DNA from: Chiloscyllium plagiosum
Lineage: Eukaryota
Length of the DNA stretch: 20,000 nucleotides
NCBI RefSeq assembly: GCF_004010195.1
Contig: NC_057759.1
Span: 4,575,735-4,595,734, forward strand
Direction: 5' to 3'
Below, in pieces: positions 9,915-20,000 of this stretch (position 1 is the stretch's first letter; each line of letters begins with the position of its first letter). Below the pieces are notes generated by a model. That model worked only from the letters and a program-made list of their open reading frames with translations. It searched no databases and was not told the DNA's origin. A program made the position numbers and the translations under genes.

Positions 9915-10360
9915 ATCGAAGTTTTTTCAATTAAAAAAAAACGAAGTTCAAACCGTTGCATTTTTGTTAAAACGATAAAAAAAACGAATTTCAAATGAAC
10001 GAAGTTTTTTTAAAGAAACGAAAACAGCCCCAGCCTGTTCAAACGGTCGGAGTTTTTTTTTAACAAAAATAATCGAAGTCCAAATAATCGGAGTTTTTTT
10101 TTATAAAAGCCGAAAATAAACGAAGATAAAATGACACGAACCCAAAAAAAAACGAGGTTAAAGCAGTCGGAGTTTTTTTAAATCGAGAAGTAACTAAGTT
10201 AACACAACCCGAACCCGAAAATAAATGACGTTTAAGCAATCAAAGTTTTTTTTTAAACAAGAAAGCACCGGAAAATAACAAATCTCGGGACATCGATTTT
10301 TTTTTTACTTCTGCAGTCAACGAAGCTCGGGAGAAAGAATTATTTTAAAACTAAAAATTA
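9915..10360. repeat. Degenerate A/T-tract tandem array with CpG-containing motifs
   Basis: Recurrent aaaaacgaag(t)tcaaa and tcggagttttttt motifs separated by A-runs and T-runs. Confidence 0.75.
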
Positions 10361-11052
10361 ACAAAGCTTGGGAATTCAGATTTCAACACTCCCCTCAGAG
10401 TTCAGCAATTTTCGAAGACCAATGTGGGATTTAGATAAAACACTGTTACTTAGAGTCATAGCGATGTACAAGCATGGAAACAGACCCTTTGGTCCAACCC
10501 GTCCATGCCGACCAGATATCCAAATCCAATCTAGTCCCACCTGCCAACACCCGGCCCATATTCCTCCGAACCCTTCCTATTCATATACACATCCAAATGC
10601 CTCTTAAATGGTGCAATTGTACGAGCCTCCACCACATCCTCGGGCAGCTCATTCCATACACGTACTACCCTCTGCGTGAAAAAGTTGTCCCTTAGGTCTC
10701 ATTTATATCTTTCCCCTCTCACCCCAAACCTCTAGTTCTGGACTCCCCGACCCCAGGGAAAACACTTTGTCTATTTATCCTATACATGCCCCTCATAATT
10801 TTGTAAACCTCTATAAGGTCACCCCTCAGCCTCCGACGCTCCAGGGAAAACAGCCCCAGCCTGTTCAGCTTCTCCCTGTAGCTTAGATCCTCCAACCCTG
10901 GCAACATCCTTGTAAATCTTTTCTGAACCTTTTCAAGTTTCACAACATCTTTCTGATAGGAAGGAGATCAGAATTGCACGCAGTATTCCAACAGTGGCCT
11001 AACCAATGTCCTGTACAGCCGCAACATGACTGCCCAACTCCTGTACTCAATA

Positions 11053-11279
11053 GGTAAAAACAATGACTGCAGATGCTGGAAACCAGATTCTGGATCAGTG
11101 GTGCTGGAAGAGCACAGCAATTCAGGCAGCATCCGACGAGCATCAAAATCTACGTTTCGGGCAAAAGCCCTTCATCAGGCATATTCCTGATGAAGGGCTT
11201 TTGCCCGAAACGTCGATTTTGATGCTCGTCGGATGCTGCCTGAATTGCTGTGCTCTTCCAGCACCACTGATCCAGAATC
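11053..11279. mobile_element. Palindromic Penelope mini-element with 12-bp TSD, inserted in the CR1
   Basis: 94-bp inverted arms 11086-11179 and 11186-11279 (1 mismatch), 6-nt loop; TSD ctgtactcaata at 11041-11052 and 11280-11291. Confidence 0.9.
11187..11214 (+). ncRNA. Minimal type I hammerhead ribozyme core (Penelope-associated)
   Basis: CTGATGA-A-GGGC TTTT GCCC-GAAA-CGTC, i.e. conserved core, stem II and GTC triplet. A mirror copy lies on the minus strand in the left arm with one substitution just 3' of GTC. Stem I pairing not verified. Confidence 0.65.
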
Positions 11280-11695
11280 CTGTACTCAATACTCCGACCA
11301 ATAAAGGGAAGCATACCAAATGCCTTCTTCACTACCTGAAGTCTCTCTACCTGCGACTCCACTTTCAATGAGCTATGAACCTGCACTCCAAGGTCTCTTT
11401 GTTCAGCAACACTCCCTAGGACCTTATCATTAAGTGAATAAGTCCTGCTAAGATTTGCTTTCCCAAAATGCAGCACCTCGCACTTATCTGAATTAAACTC
11501 CATCTGCCACTTCTCAGCCGATTGGCCCATCTGGTCCAGATCCTGTTGTAATCTGAGGTAACCCTCTTCACTGTCCACTACACCTCCAATTCTGGTGTAA
11601 TCTGCAAACTTACTAACTATACCTCTTATGCTTGCATCCAAATCCTTTATGCAAATGACAAAAAGTAGAGGGCCCAGCACCGATCCTTGTGGCAC

Positions 11696-12195
11696 NNNNN
11701 NNNNNNNNNNNNNNNNNNNNNNNNNNNNNNNNNNNNNNNNNNNNNNNNNNNNNNNNNNNNNNNNNNNNNNNNNNNNNNNNNNNNNNNNNNNNNNNNNNNN
11801 NNNNNNNNNNNNNNNNNNNNNNNNNNNNNNNNNNNNNNNNNNNNNNNNNNNNNNNNNNNNNNNNNNNNNNNNNNNNNNNNNNNNNNNNNNNNNNNNNNNN
11901 NNNNNNNNNNNNNNNNNNNNNNNNNNNNNNNNNNNNNNNNNNNNNNNNNNNNNNNNNNNNNNNNNNNNNNNNNNNNNNNNNNNNNNNNNNNNNNNNNNNN
12001 NNNNNNNNNNNNNNNNNNNNNNNNNNNNNNNNNNNNNNNNNNNNNNNNNNNNNNNNNNNNNNNNNNNNNNNNNNNNNNNNNNNNNNNNNNNNNNNNNNNN
12101 NNNNNNNNNNNNNNNNNNNNNNNNNNNNNNNNNNNNNNNNNNNNNNNNNNNNNNNNNNNNNNNNNNNNNNNNNNNNNNNNNNNNNNNNNNNNNNN
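11696..12195. other. Assembly gap (500 N)
   Basis: Run of N. Confidence 1.
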
Positions 12196-12204
12196 CCATG
12201 TCAG

Positions 12205-13230
12205 GGTAACATGGTGGCACACTGGTGCAGGGACCCAGTTTCAATTCCAGCCTTGGCTCATTGTACAAATTGCACACAGACATGTTCCCCATGTCTGCAT
12301 TGGTTTTGATACGACATGGGGTAAACCCCTTTGCTAATTTAAAACCAGCAACACTGAAAAGATTTATCTCATGCAGTAATCTGTGAAAATGTGACAGGCC
12401 TAGAACCAATTAAAATAAAGATTAACAGCTTTATTTATTAAAATATAACAGAGAGTGATTAACTAACAAGTATTTACAACTCCTTCCTCTAACCTATCTT
12501 CTATAATACTCGTCCGAGAGAAGTCCTGATAAAGATTTACAAAACAAAACAGTTTATCTCAAAACCAGGCAGCTTTTGGTACTTTTCTGTATTCGGGTTG
12601 TCTTTTGTTCTTCTTGAAGATTGTGCTTCACAGGTCACTGATCGATAAAGTACCTTTCAGAGAGCTAATTTTCAGGGAGTCTTTTTACATGCTTGGTGGC
12701 TTGGCAATTCGCCTCCTAACTGTTCAATTTTACCCAGTCTTATACCTCCAGAGCTTCACATGTATCATTGGCTTTTAAGATTGTTAATATACTCAATTCA
12801 GACTGGATTGGAATTTGATATTTTCGGGATTCAAACATTTGGTTGAATTCAAATATTTTTGTCTCCAGGCAAACAACTACTTGGGTTGTTTGACTAAATG
12901 TTACTTTGTCTTTTTTCGGAACACTTGGTGATGTCCAGTAGTTCTACTGGCTGATAACTTTCTTAAAGGTACAGTACACCCACATCTTCATAACAGTTCC
13001 CTCTTGGTGCTCTAGTTTCCTTTCACAGTCCAAACATGTGCAAGTTAGCTGGATTAGTCATTGTAAATTGCCCTGCAATATTCAGCAATGCTCAGACTAG
13101 GTGGGTTAACTATGGTAAAGATGTGGTTATGGGGGTAGGGTGGGGTCTATATCTGGGTGGGATGTGCTTTGGCGAGTTGTTGCAGGCCGATGGGCTGAAT
13201 GACCTCTATCTATACTGGAGAAATTCTACG
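12205..13230 (+). mobile_element. Old V-SINE split by a solo LTR (SINE parts ~12205-12306 and ~12996-13230)
   Basis: Head ggtaacatggtggcacactggt..tttcaattcc..gttccccatgtctgcattggttt resumes after the LTR as cctcttggtgctctagtttcctttcacagtccaaac. Confidence 0.75.
12307..12995 (-). mobile_element. Solo LTR (689 bp)
   Basis: TG..CA ends with imperfect terminal inverted repeats (tgatacga / tcataaca) and a 4-bp imperfect TSD gttt/gttc; it cleanly interrupts a SINE. Orientation is tentative, from a minus-strand TATA-like motif (~12740) and AATAAA (~12431). Confidence 0.75.
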
Positions 13231-13531
13231 TACTGTAAATGAAAATGAGACTTTTTAGACTATTGTCAGTCTCTCACACTCTAAAGCAGTTTAGATAATT
13301 TCCACAACTTTTATTCGATGGTAAGTTCTGTGAGTGCAGAACTCATCTTGTTTCTTCCATTTACTTATACGGTTTGTGTATTTGTGAAGTATTCTCTACC
13401 TGTCAGTCTGTGCTATTCAATAGGCCTGTGAATACAGCTTATTGTCCTTCAAAACTCTGCTCAGATGTGACAGACTGTGAACAGATGAGAGCCATATTGA
13501 CTAGTGAGGAACTTGGAAACTAACATTTAAT

Positions 13532-13620
13532 TAGGAGAAAGTGAGGACTGCAGGTGCTGAAGACCAGAGTTGAAAAATGTGATGCTGGAAAAACACATCA
13601 GGCCAGGCAGCATCCGAGGA
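13532..13620. mobile_element. Penelope terminal fragment
   Basis: ggagaaagtgaggactgcag..gaaaaatgtgatgctggaaaa..ggcagcatcc is the reverse complement of ~8005-8090. Confidence 0.75.
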
Positions 13621-13621
13621 G

Positions 13622-13912
13622 AGTGTGGAAACAGACCCTTCAGCCCAACAGGTCCACACCGACCCTCTGAAGAGTAACGCACCCAAGCATCTTTTCCCTC
13701 TGAACTACGCACCTAATTGACAACTTAAGCATGGCCAATTCACCTGACCTGCACATCTTTGGACCGTGGGAGGACACCGGAGCACCCGGAGGAAACCCAC
13801 GCAGACACAGGGAGAATGTGCAAACTCCACGCAAATAGTCACCCGAAGTTGCAATCGAACCCGGGACTCTGATGCTGTGAGGCAACAGTGCCAACTACTG
13901 AGCCACTGTGCC
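13622..13912 (-). mobile_element. HE1/V-SINE-type SINE
   Basis: V-SINE core and tRNA-like head on the minus strand. Confidence 0.8.
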
Positions 13913-14254
13913 AAAAGATTTTTGAAAGAAACAGTTGTTATGATACAGGAAGGATGCCCACACTCGATTAATCCTGCTTCAATCTTCCTGCATGGTGTTA
14001 CTGAGCAGTTTAAATGTTTGCTGTCAAGTGAACAGCCGGTTAGCAAAGGAGAGAGTTTTCAGTTCATGTTTCCTGAAGTGAATGGGAAAGATCTTATTTT
14101 CTTTGACTGTATCTGTAGGATTCACAGACAAGTGAAACCTGAACACAATGTGCTGGTTCTGTGCTGTTCTTCAGAGTCAAGGAGGTAAAAGCAATGGACT
14201 TTTGCAACTCCGATAGTGCGGAGTCTAACTGGGAATAATCAAGGTGTAGCCTTT

Positions 14255-14905
14255 AGAGAGTCACACAGATTTACAGCACAGAAACAGATCCTTTGGTGCA
14301 AGCTGTTATTGCTGACCAGAGATCCTGATCTGACCTAGTCCCATTTAAATTAAGATCTCACGACACCAGGTTATAGTACAACAGGTTTATGTGGGAGCAC
14401 TAGCTTTCAGAGCGATGAAGGAGCAGTGCACTGAAAGCTAGTGCTTTCAAATAAACCTGTTGTCTGAGAAACTGGTGTTGTGTGATTTGTAACATTGTCC
14501 ACCCCAGTGCAATGCTGGCACCTCAACATCATGACTAGTCCCATTTGCCAGCACTTGGTGCATATCCCTCGAAATTGTTCCTATTCTTGTACATATCCAG
14601 GTGCCTTTAAAAGGTTGGAATTGTACCTACCATCTCCACTTCCTCTGGTAGCTCATTCCATACAAGCAACACCCTCTATGTGATAAACTAACACCTTTTT
14701 AAATCCTTTCTCCTCAAATTAAACCTGTGCCCTCCATTTTTGCACGCACCCATACTCGGAAAAAGACCTTGGCTATCACCCTATCATGTCCCTCATGATT
14801 TTCACAACCTGTACAAAGGTCACACCTCATTCTCCGACAGTCCAGGGAACAAAGCAACAGCCTGTTCAGCCTTTCCTTATAACTCAAAACCCCCAGTCCT
14901 GGCAA
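14255..14905 (-). mobile_element. CR1 LINE 3' end (old), interrupted by a Penelope mini-element
   Basis: ORF 14714..14905 reads PGLGVLSYKERLNRL..RRMRCDL; 3' UTR homologous to 10449-10720. Confidence 0.8.
14347..14534. mobile_element. Imperfect palindromic Penelope mini-element with 12-bp TSD
   Basis: TSD ctagtcccattt at 14335-14346 and 14535-14546; inverted arms around gatgaaggagcagtgcactgaaagc; same family as the terminus at 1210-1290. Confidence 0.8.
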
Positions 14906-17340
14906 TGAAGCATCCTGATGAGAGGAGAGCAGTTGATGTGGTTTACATGCACTTCAGTCAGGCCTTTGTCGGAGCATAACCCCCAACCGGGGATGAAAGA
15001 CTCAGCAGGCAGGCAGTATTCAGGCAAGTGGTAGGAGGTTCGTGCAGGCAGACGGCCTCCGAGAGGACAAAAGACTGTCCTCCGAGACTGGCCTCAGAAC
15101 AGAGGTCTATGACACACTCTGATTTTACAATAAAAAGCAATATTTTTAATAAACTTTCTGATAACAATCACATACAACTTTATTACGATGTTCCTCTCTC
15201 TTACTTTGCATATCCTATTCAATGAGATACCTAATCAATGATGGGCATTTCTATGGACTGCCCCAGGATCCCCTGACCTCTCAGAGTTTAGCGGACATTG
15301 TAATCTCTTGGCTTTGTGATCTTTCTATGCATCCTATCATTCTTATTCCAAAGTTATGTGCGAAAAACCTTCAGGTTTCTCTCAGGCTAGCTTGTCTCTC
15401 AGGACAGTTTGAATGCTGTTATTCATTGTATTCCATTTTATCAAGTTCAATTGCTCCTCTGATATAATAGGGCAGTGGGGAATATATGAGGAAAAAACAA
15501 AGGACAGTTTGATTTGACTTACTTGCCATAGACTTGTAATTTTAATTTTTATTATAAAAAGTTAGTTACAAAGTGTGAAGTAATTTATTTGCCCCAACTG
15601 TTAGCACTTTGTGATTAATGGGCTGTGAGCAATCTATTGTGATCTGGGCATAAGAGAAGTCATTACCTAAAGTAACTAACCTTCACTTCCAGGTTTAAAT
15701 GCTTCTTTTCCCCTTTCTGCTTTAGTATTATGCACCTAGTTTTCATGCTGGAAACTGCCGAGTTAATGCTACGTCTCTTTACGAGAACCTAATTCTTAAT
15801 ATTCCAACTTATTTCAAGAAACTACATACTTTAAGATACCTTTAGCTGTTTTGGGCATTAATGGGCTGTAACTAGCACCTGGTGTCTGTTCAGTAACTGG
15901 GACAATTACCCTTTCATTTAATGTGGCTGGAGTTACTCATTTACCGGACCTTCGGTCTGCTTGTCAGAACTGTTTCAAATTGGAACAGGCTGGGTCCTTG
16001 GAATGGCTTTATCAATGGTATCATTTTACCTTATTGTGTGAGTGCGCTGTAAAGCTTAGATTCTGCCTGCCATTCTGTTTCACAAACTGCTGTTTAATTC
16101 TACTTTACACTTACATACCAGTTTGTGTTAACAGACATGGGCTACTCTATCTGGCCTGGTACAGGCCACCCCGAAGCCTTTGACAAAGTCCCATATAAAA
16201 GACTGGTCCAAGATTGGCACTTGGAGTCTTAAGCAAACTGGATCTGAAATGAGCTTGCAGACAGGATGCAAACTATGATGGTGGAAGGTTGTGTTTGTGA
16301 TTGGAAGCCTGTGACCAGTGGTGTATCACAGGGATCAGTGCTGGGACCCTTGCTGCTTGTTATGTAAATATTAACAATTGGATGTGAATGTATAATTAGT
16401 ATGCCTGCAGATGACTTTTTCATGTGGAAGTATTAAATGTTTCAGTGCAGTCTTGGTGTACAAAGGGCCTGTTTTGTGCTGTATTGTTCTTTGCTCTATG
16501 ACATGAAAGTTGGTGGTGTTGTTGACAGTGAGGGGGATGGTCTCAGGCTACAGTATGAGGACTTTGGGCACTGCAATGACAGATGGAATTTAATCCTGAT
16601 AAATGTGAGGTAATGCATTTTGGGAGGTCTAATAAGGGAAAGAATTACACAATGAAGGATTGGTCCCGAGGTAATACTGAGGAACAAAGGTACCTTGGTG
16701 TACAAGTCTATAGATCACAGAAGTGGTCAGCACAGGCAGACAGGCTGCTGAAGGCAGCATACAGAATGCTTCCCGGAGCTGTCAAATATAAGAGCAAGGA
16801 AGTCTTATTCCACATTTATAAAACAGATCAAATACTGTGTGCAGTTCTGATTGCCACACAATTAGAAGGATGGGATCGACTGGAGAGGATGCAGTGGGTT
16901 GGAAAGTCTCTGTTAAAAGGGGAGACCGTATGAGCTGGGTTTGGTTTCCTTGGAGCAGAGGACATTGAGGGAGGATCTGACTGAGATATACTAAATTATG
17001 CAAAATGCAGACAGAGTAGATTGTGAGAATCTTTCTCCCGTTAGTAGATGTGCCGAAGACCAGAGGGTAAAAGTTGAAGTTGTGGGGAAAGCAGTTTAGA
17101 GGATATCTGAGAAAAATATTTTGACCTAGCTGGTGGGTAAAGTTTGTAATATGCTGCCTGAGAGTGTGATGGAATACTCTCACAGCATTTAAGCAGCATC
17201 AGGATATGACCTAATGAAACCAGGGCATAGTCAGCTCTTGGCCAAGTGCAGATAAATAGGATGAATGCAGTTTTTGGTGTTTGTTGGACATCATGGACAT
17301 GGTAGGCTGAAGGGTCTGTTTCTATGCTGTATGACTCTAT
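14906..17340 (+). mobile_element. CR1 LINE RT region to 3' tail (old), split by a solo LTR
   Basis: DERRAVDVVYMHFSQAF continues after the LTR as AFDKVP; then VTSGVSQGSVLGPLL, MEFNPDKCEVMHFG (ORF 16583..16933), and the tail ctgtatgactctat at ~17327-17340. Confidence 0.85.
14967..16175. mobile_element. Long solo LTR (1209 bp) with perfect 5-bp TSD
   Basis: TSD gcctt at 14962-14966 and 16176-16180; ends tgtcgg..ccga(c)a. Removing it restores the CR1 motif aggcctttgacaaagtcc (AFDKVP). Confidence 0.8.
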
Positions 17341-17344
17341 ATCG

Positions 17345-17755
17345 CTATAACATCCTTGTAACTCTTTTCTGCAGCATCTAAAGTTTAACAACATCCTTCC
17401 TGGAGAAGGATGATGAGCGTTGTATGCAATCTCATAAGAATGGCATCACTTAATGTCCTGTACAGCCACCAGATGACATCCCAACTCCTACACGAAATGT
17501 TCCGACGAAGGAAGGAAAGCTTGCCAAACGCTTTCTTCACCGTCCTGTCTACCTGTGGCTCTACTTTCAAGAAGATCTCCCAGGTGCAATGGTTCAAGCT
17601 GCAACCCTCGGTCTCTTTGTTCAGCAACACTTGCCAAGGCCCCACCATTAAGTGTATAAGTCCTGCCCTGGTTTGTCTTAATCAAAATCTAACACCTCAC
17701 ATGTATCTAAATGTATCTGTATCTGTCACGTCTTGGCCCACTGACCTACATGATC
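17345..17755 (-). mobile_element. CR1 LINE fragment
   Basis: ORFs 17385..17648 and 17488..17685 read LKVEPQVDRTVKKAFGKLSF and TNQGRTYTLNG. Confidence 0.85.
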
Positions 17756-18665
17756 AATTGGTGAGCTGAAAGAAGACAGAGGGTGGTAGCTGATGGGAAA
17801 TGTTCATTCCTGGAGTTCAGTTACTGGTGGTGTACCGCAAGGATCTGTTTTGGGTGAGGGTGTAGAAAGATGGATTTGCAAATTTGTGGATGATACTAAC
17901 GTCAGTGGAGTTGCGGACAATGCTGAAGGTTGTTGCAGGTTACACAGGTACATAGATAAGCTGCAGAGTTGGGCTGCGAGGTGGCAAATGGAGTTTAATG
18001 TGGAAAAGTGTGAGATGATTCACTTTGGAAGGAGTACTGGTCTAATGGTAATGTTCTTGGTAGTGTAGATGAGCAGAGAGATCTCTGTGTACATGTACAT
18101 AGATCCTTGAAAGCTGCCACCCAAGTTGATAGGGTTGTTGAGACGGCATACGGTGGTTAGCTTTTATTGGGAGAGGGATTGAGTTTTGAAACCATGAGGT
18201 CATGCTGCAGCTCTACAAAACTCTGGTGTGGCCGCACTTGGAAAGTTGCATCCAGTTCTTGTCCCCACATTACAGTAAGGATGTGGAAGCTTTGGAAAGG
18301 GCTCATAGGTGATTTACTGGGCCGTTGCCTGGTCTGGATGGAATGTCTTATGAAGAAAGGCTGAGGGACATGAGGCTTCATTAGAGAGAAGAAGGTTGAG
18401 AAGTGACTTCATAGAGACACACAAAATAATCAGAGGGTTAGATAGTGTGGGCAGTGAGAGCCTTACTCCTCCGATGGTGATGGCTAGCACCAGTGGACAT
18501 CACTTTAAATTGAGGGACGATAAATATAAGACAGATGTCAGAGGTAGTTTCTTTACTCAGAGTAGTAGAGGCATGGAACGTTCTGCCTGGAACTGTAGTA
18601 GACTCACCAATTGTATGGACATTTAAATGCAATAGTATACTGCACTGTCATGTTCTATGTTCTAT
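17756..18665 (+). mobile_element. CR1 LINE RT C-terminus to 3' tail, internally deleted
   Basis: VTGGVPQGSVLG|EGVERWICKFVDDT..WQMEFNVEKCE (ORF 17793..18068); tail gttctatgttcta at ~18652-18664. Confidence 0.85.
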
Positions 18666-18671
18666 TATCTC

Positions 18672-20000
18672 ACTAAAGTGGAGCTTATTCAAGGAACAGC
18701 TACTGCGTGTCCTTGATTAGTATGTACCTGTCAGGCAGGGAGGAAGTGGATGAGTGAGGGAGCCGTGGTTTACTAAGGAAGTTGATCTCTTGTCAGGAGG
18801 AAGAAAGCTTATGTTACGATGAGATGTGAAGGCACAGTTAGGGCGCTCAGAGTTACAAGCTAGCCAGGAATGACCTAAAGAGAGAACTAAAAGGAGCCAG
18901 GAGGGGACAAGAGAAGTCTTTGGCAGACAGGATCAAAGAAAATCCTAAAGCTTTCTATAGCTATATCAGGAACAAAAGAATGACTAGAATTAGATTCGGG
19001 TCAATCATGGACAGGAGTGGGAAGTTGTGCATGGAGTCCTAGGAGATAGGAGAAGTGCAAAATGAATACTTTTTAAAATCGGTATTCACACTGGAAAAAG
19101 ACAATGTTGTCGACGAGAATACTGAGTTACAGGCTACTAGACTAGATGGGAGATAAGTTCACAAGGAGGACATTTAGCAATTCTGGAAAGTGTGTAAATA
19201 GATAACCCCCTGGGCCAGATGGGATTTATTCTAGGATTCTCTGGGAAGCCAGGGAGTAGATTGCAGAGCCTTGGGCTTTGATCTTTATGTCGTCATTGTC
19301 TACAGGAATAGTGCCAGAAGACCGGAAGATAGCAAATGTTGTCCGTTTGTTCAAGAAGGGGAATAGAGTCCACCCTGGTAATTACAGATCAGTGAGCCTT
19401 TCTTCGGTTGTGGATAAAATGTTGGAAAAGGCTAGAATAGACAGGATTTATAATCATCTCAATAGGAATAAGTTGATTAGAAATAGCCAATATGGTTTGT
19501 GAAGGGTAGGTCATGCCTCACAAATCTTATTGAGTTCTTTGAGAAGGTGACCAAACAGATGGAAGAGGGTAAAGCAGTTGATGCAGTGTATATGGATTTC
19601 AGTAAAGTGTTTGATTAGATGTTTTCAGTAAGGTTCCCAACTGTAGGCTATTGCACAAAATATGGAGGCATGGGATTGAGGGTGATTTAGCGGTTTGGTT
19701 CAGAAATTGGTGAGCTGAAAGAAGACAGAGGTTGGTAGCTGATGGGAAATGTTCATTCCTGGAGTTCAGTTACTAGTGGTGTACCGCAAGGATCTGTTTT
19801 GGGTGAGGGTGTAGAAAGATGGATTTGCAAATTTGTGGATGATACTAACGTCAGTGGAGTTGCGGACAATGCTGAAGGATGTTGCAGGTTACACAAGTAC
19901 ATAGATAAGCTGCAGAGTTGGGCTGAGAGGTGGCAAATGGAGTTTAATGTGGAAAAGTGTGAGATGATTCACTTTGGAAGGAGTACTGGTCTAATGGTAA
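18672..20000 (+). mobile_element. CR1 LINE ORF2 (tether plus RT), decayed, runs off the window
   Basis: IFMSSLSTGIVPEDRKIANVVRLFKKGNRVHPGNYRSVSLSSVVDKMLEK (ORF 19278..19502), then GRSCLTNLIEFFE and VDAVYMDFSK. Confidence 0.9.

Larger units (their letters stand above)
10449..11695 (-). mobile_element. CR1/HER1-type LINE, RT C-terminus plus 3' UTR and tail (fairly young), runs into the gap
   Basis: VPQGSVLGPLLFVICIKDLD..SKFADYT..KWQMEFNSDKCEVLHFG (ORF 11150..12409) and LEKVQKRFTRMLPGL..RRLRGDLIEVYKIM (ORF 10719..10943); tail ctatgactctaa. Confidence 0.92.

Noticed and set aside
11150..12409. 419-aa ORF and the other long ORFs spanning 11628-12337
   Set aside because: Their length is an artefact of the N gap; the real part is CR1 RT plus the palindrome.
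14095..14190. Possible short + strand exon (pyrimidine tract-AG ... GTAAAAG)
   Set aside because: Splice-like signals only; no recognisable peptide or neighbouring exons.

Overview
Repeat-dense vertebrate genomic DNA, not prokaryotic. The repeat families (HE1/V-SINE-type tRNA-SINEs, HER1/CR1 LINEs, Penelope-like elements with minimal hammerhead cores) point to a cartilaginous fish, probably a shark; this is inferred from recognised families. I found no intact host protein-coding gene, and there is a 500-N assembly gap at 11696-12195. The main unexplained signal is a decayed endogenous viral element on the minus strand (~7125-10450). Its env, reconstructed by hand across frameshifts, encodes a class I fusion TM subunit with filovirus-GP2/ASLV-like architecture: a probable Cys-bounded internal fusion loop, LIxGLxxLxNETT heptad, ISD-like QNxxDYML-GG-CX6C, HR2, Trp-rich MPER, TM and acidic tail. 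Upstream are a possible gag N-terminus and a long leader with two tandem-repeat arrays. The gag-env interval is replaced by a palindromic Penelope mini-element. Also present are two solo LTRs with target-site duplications (TSDs), TSD-flanked hammerhead-bearing palindromes, and a 1949-bp-period duplication of a deleted CR1.
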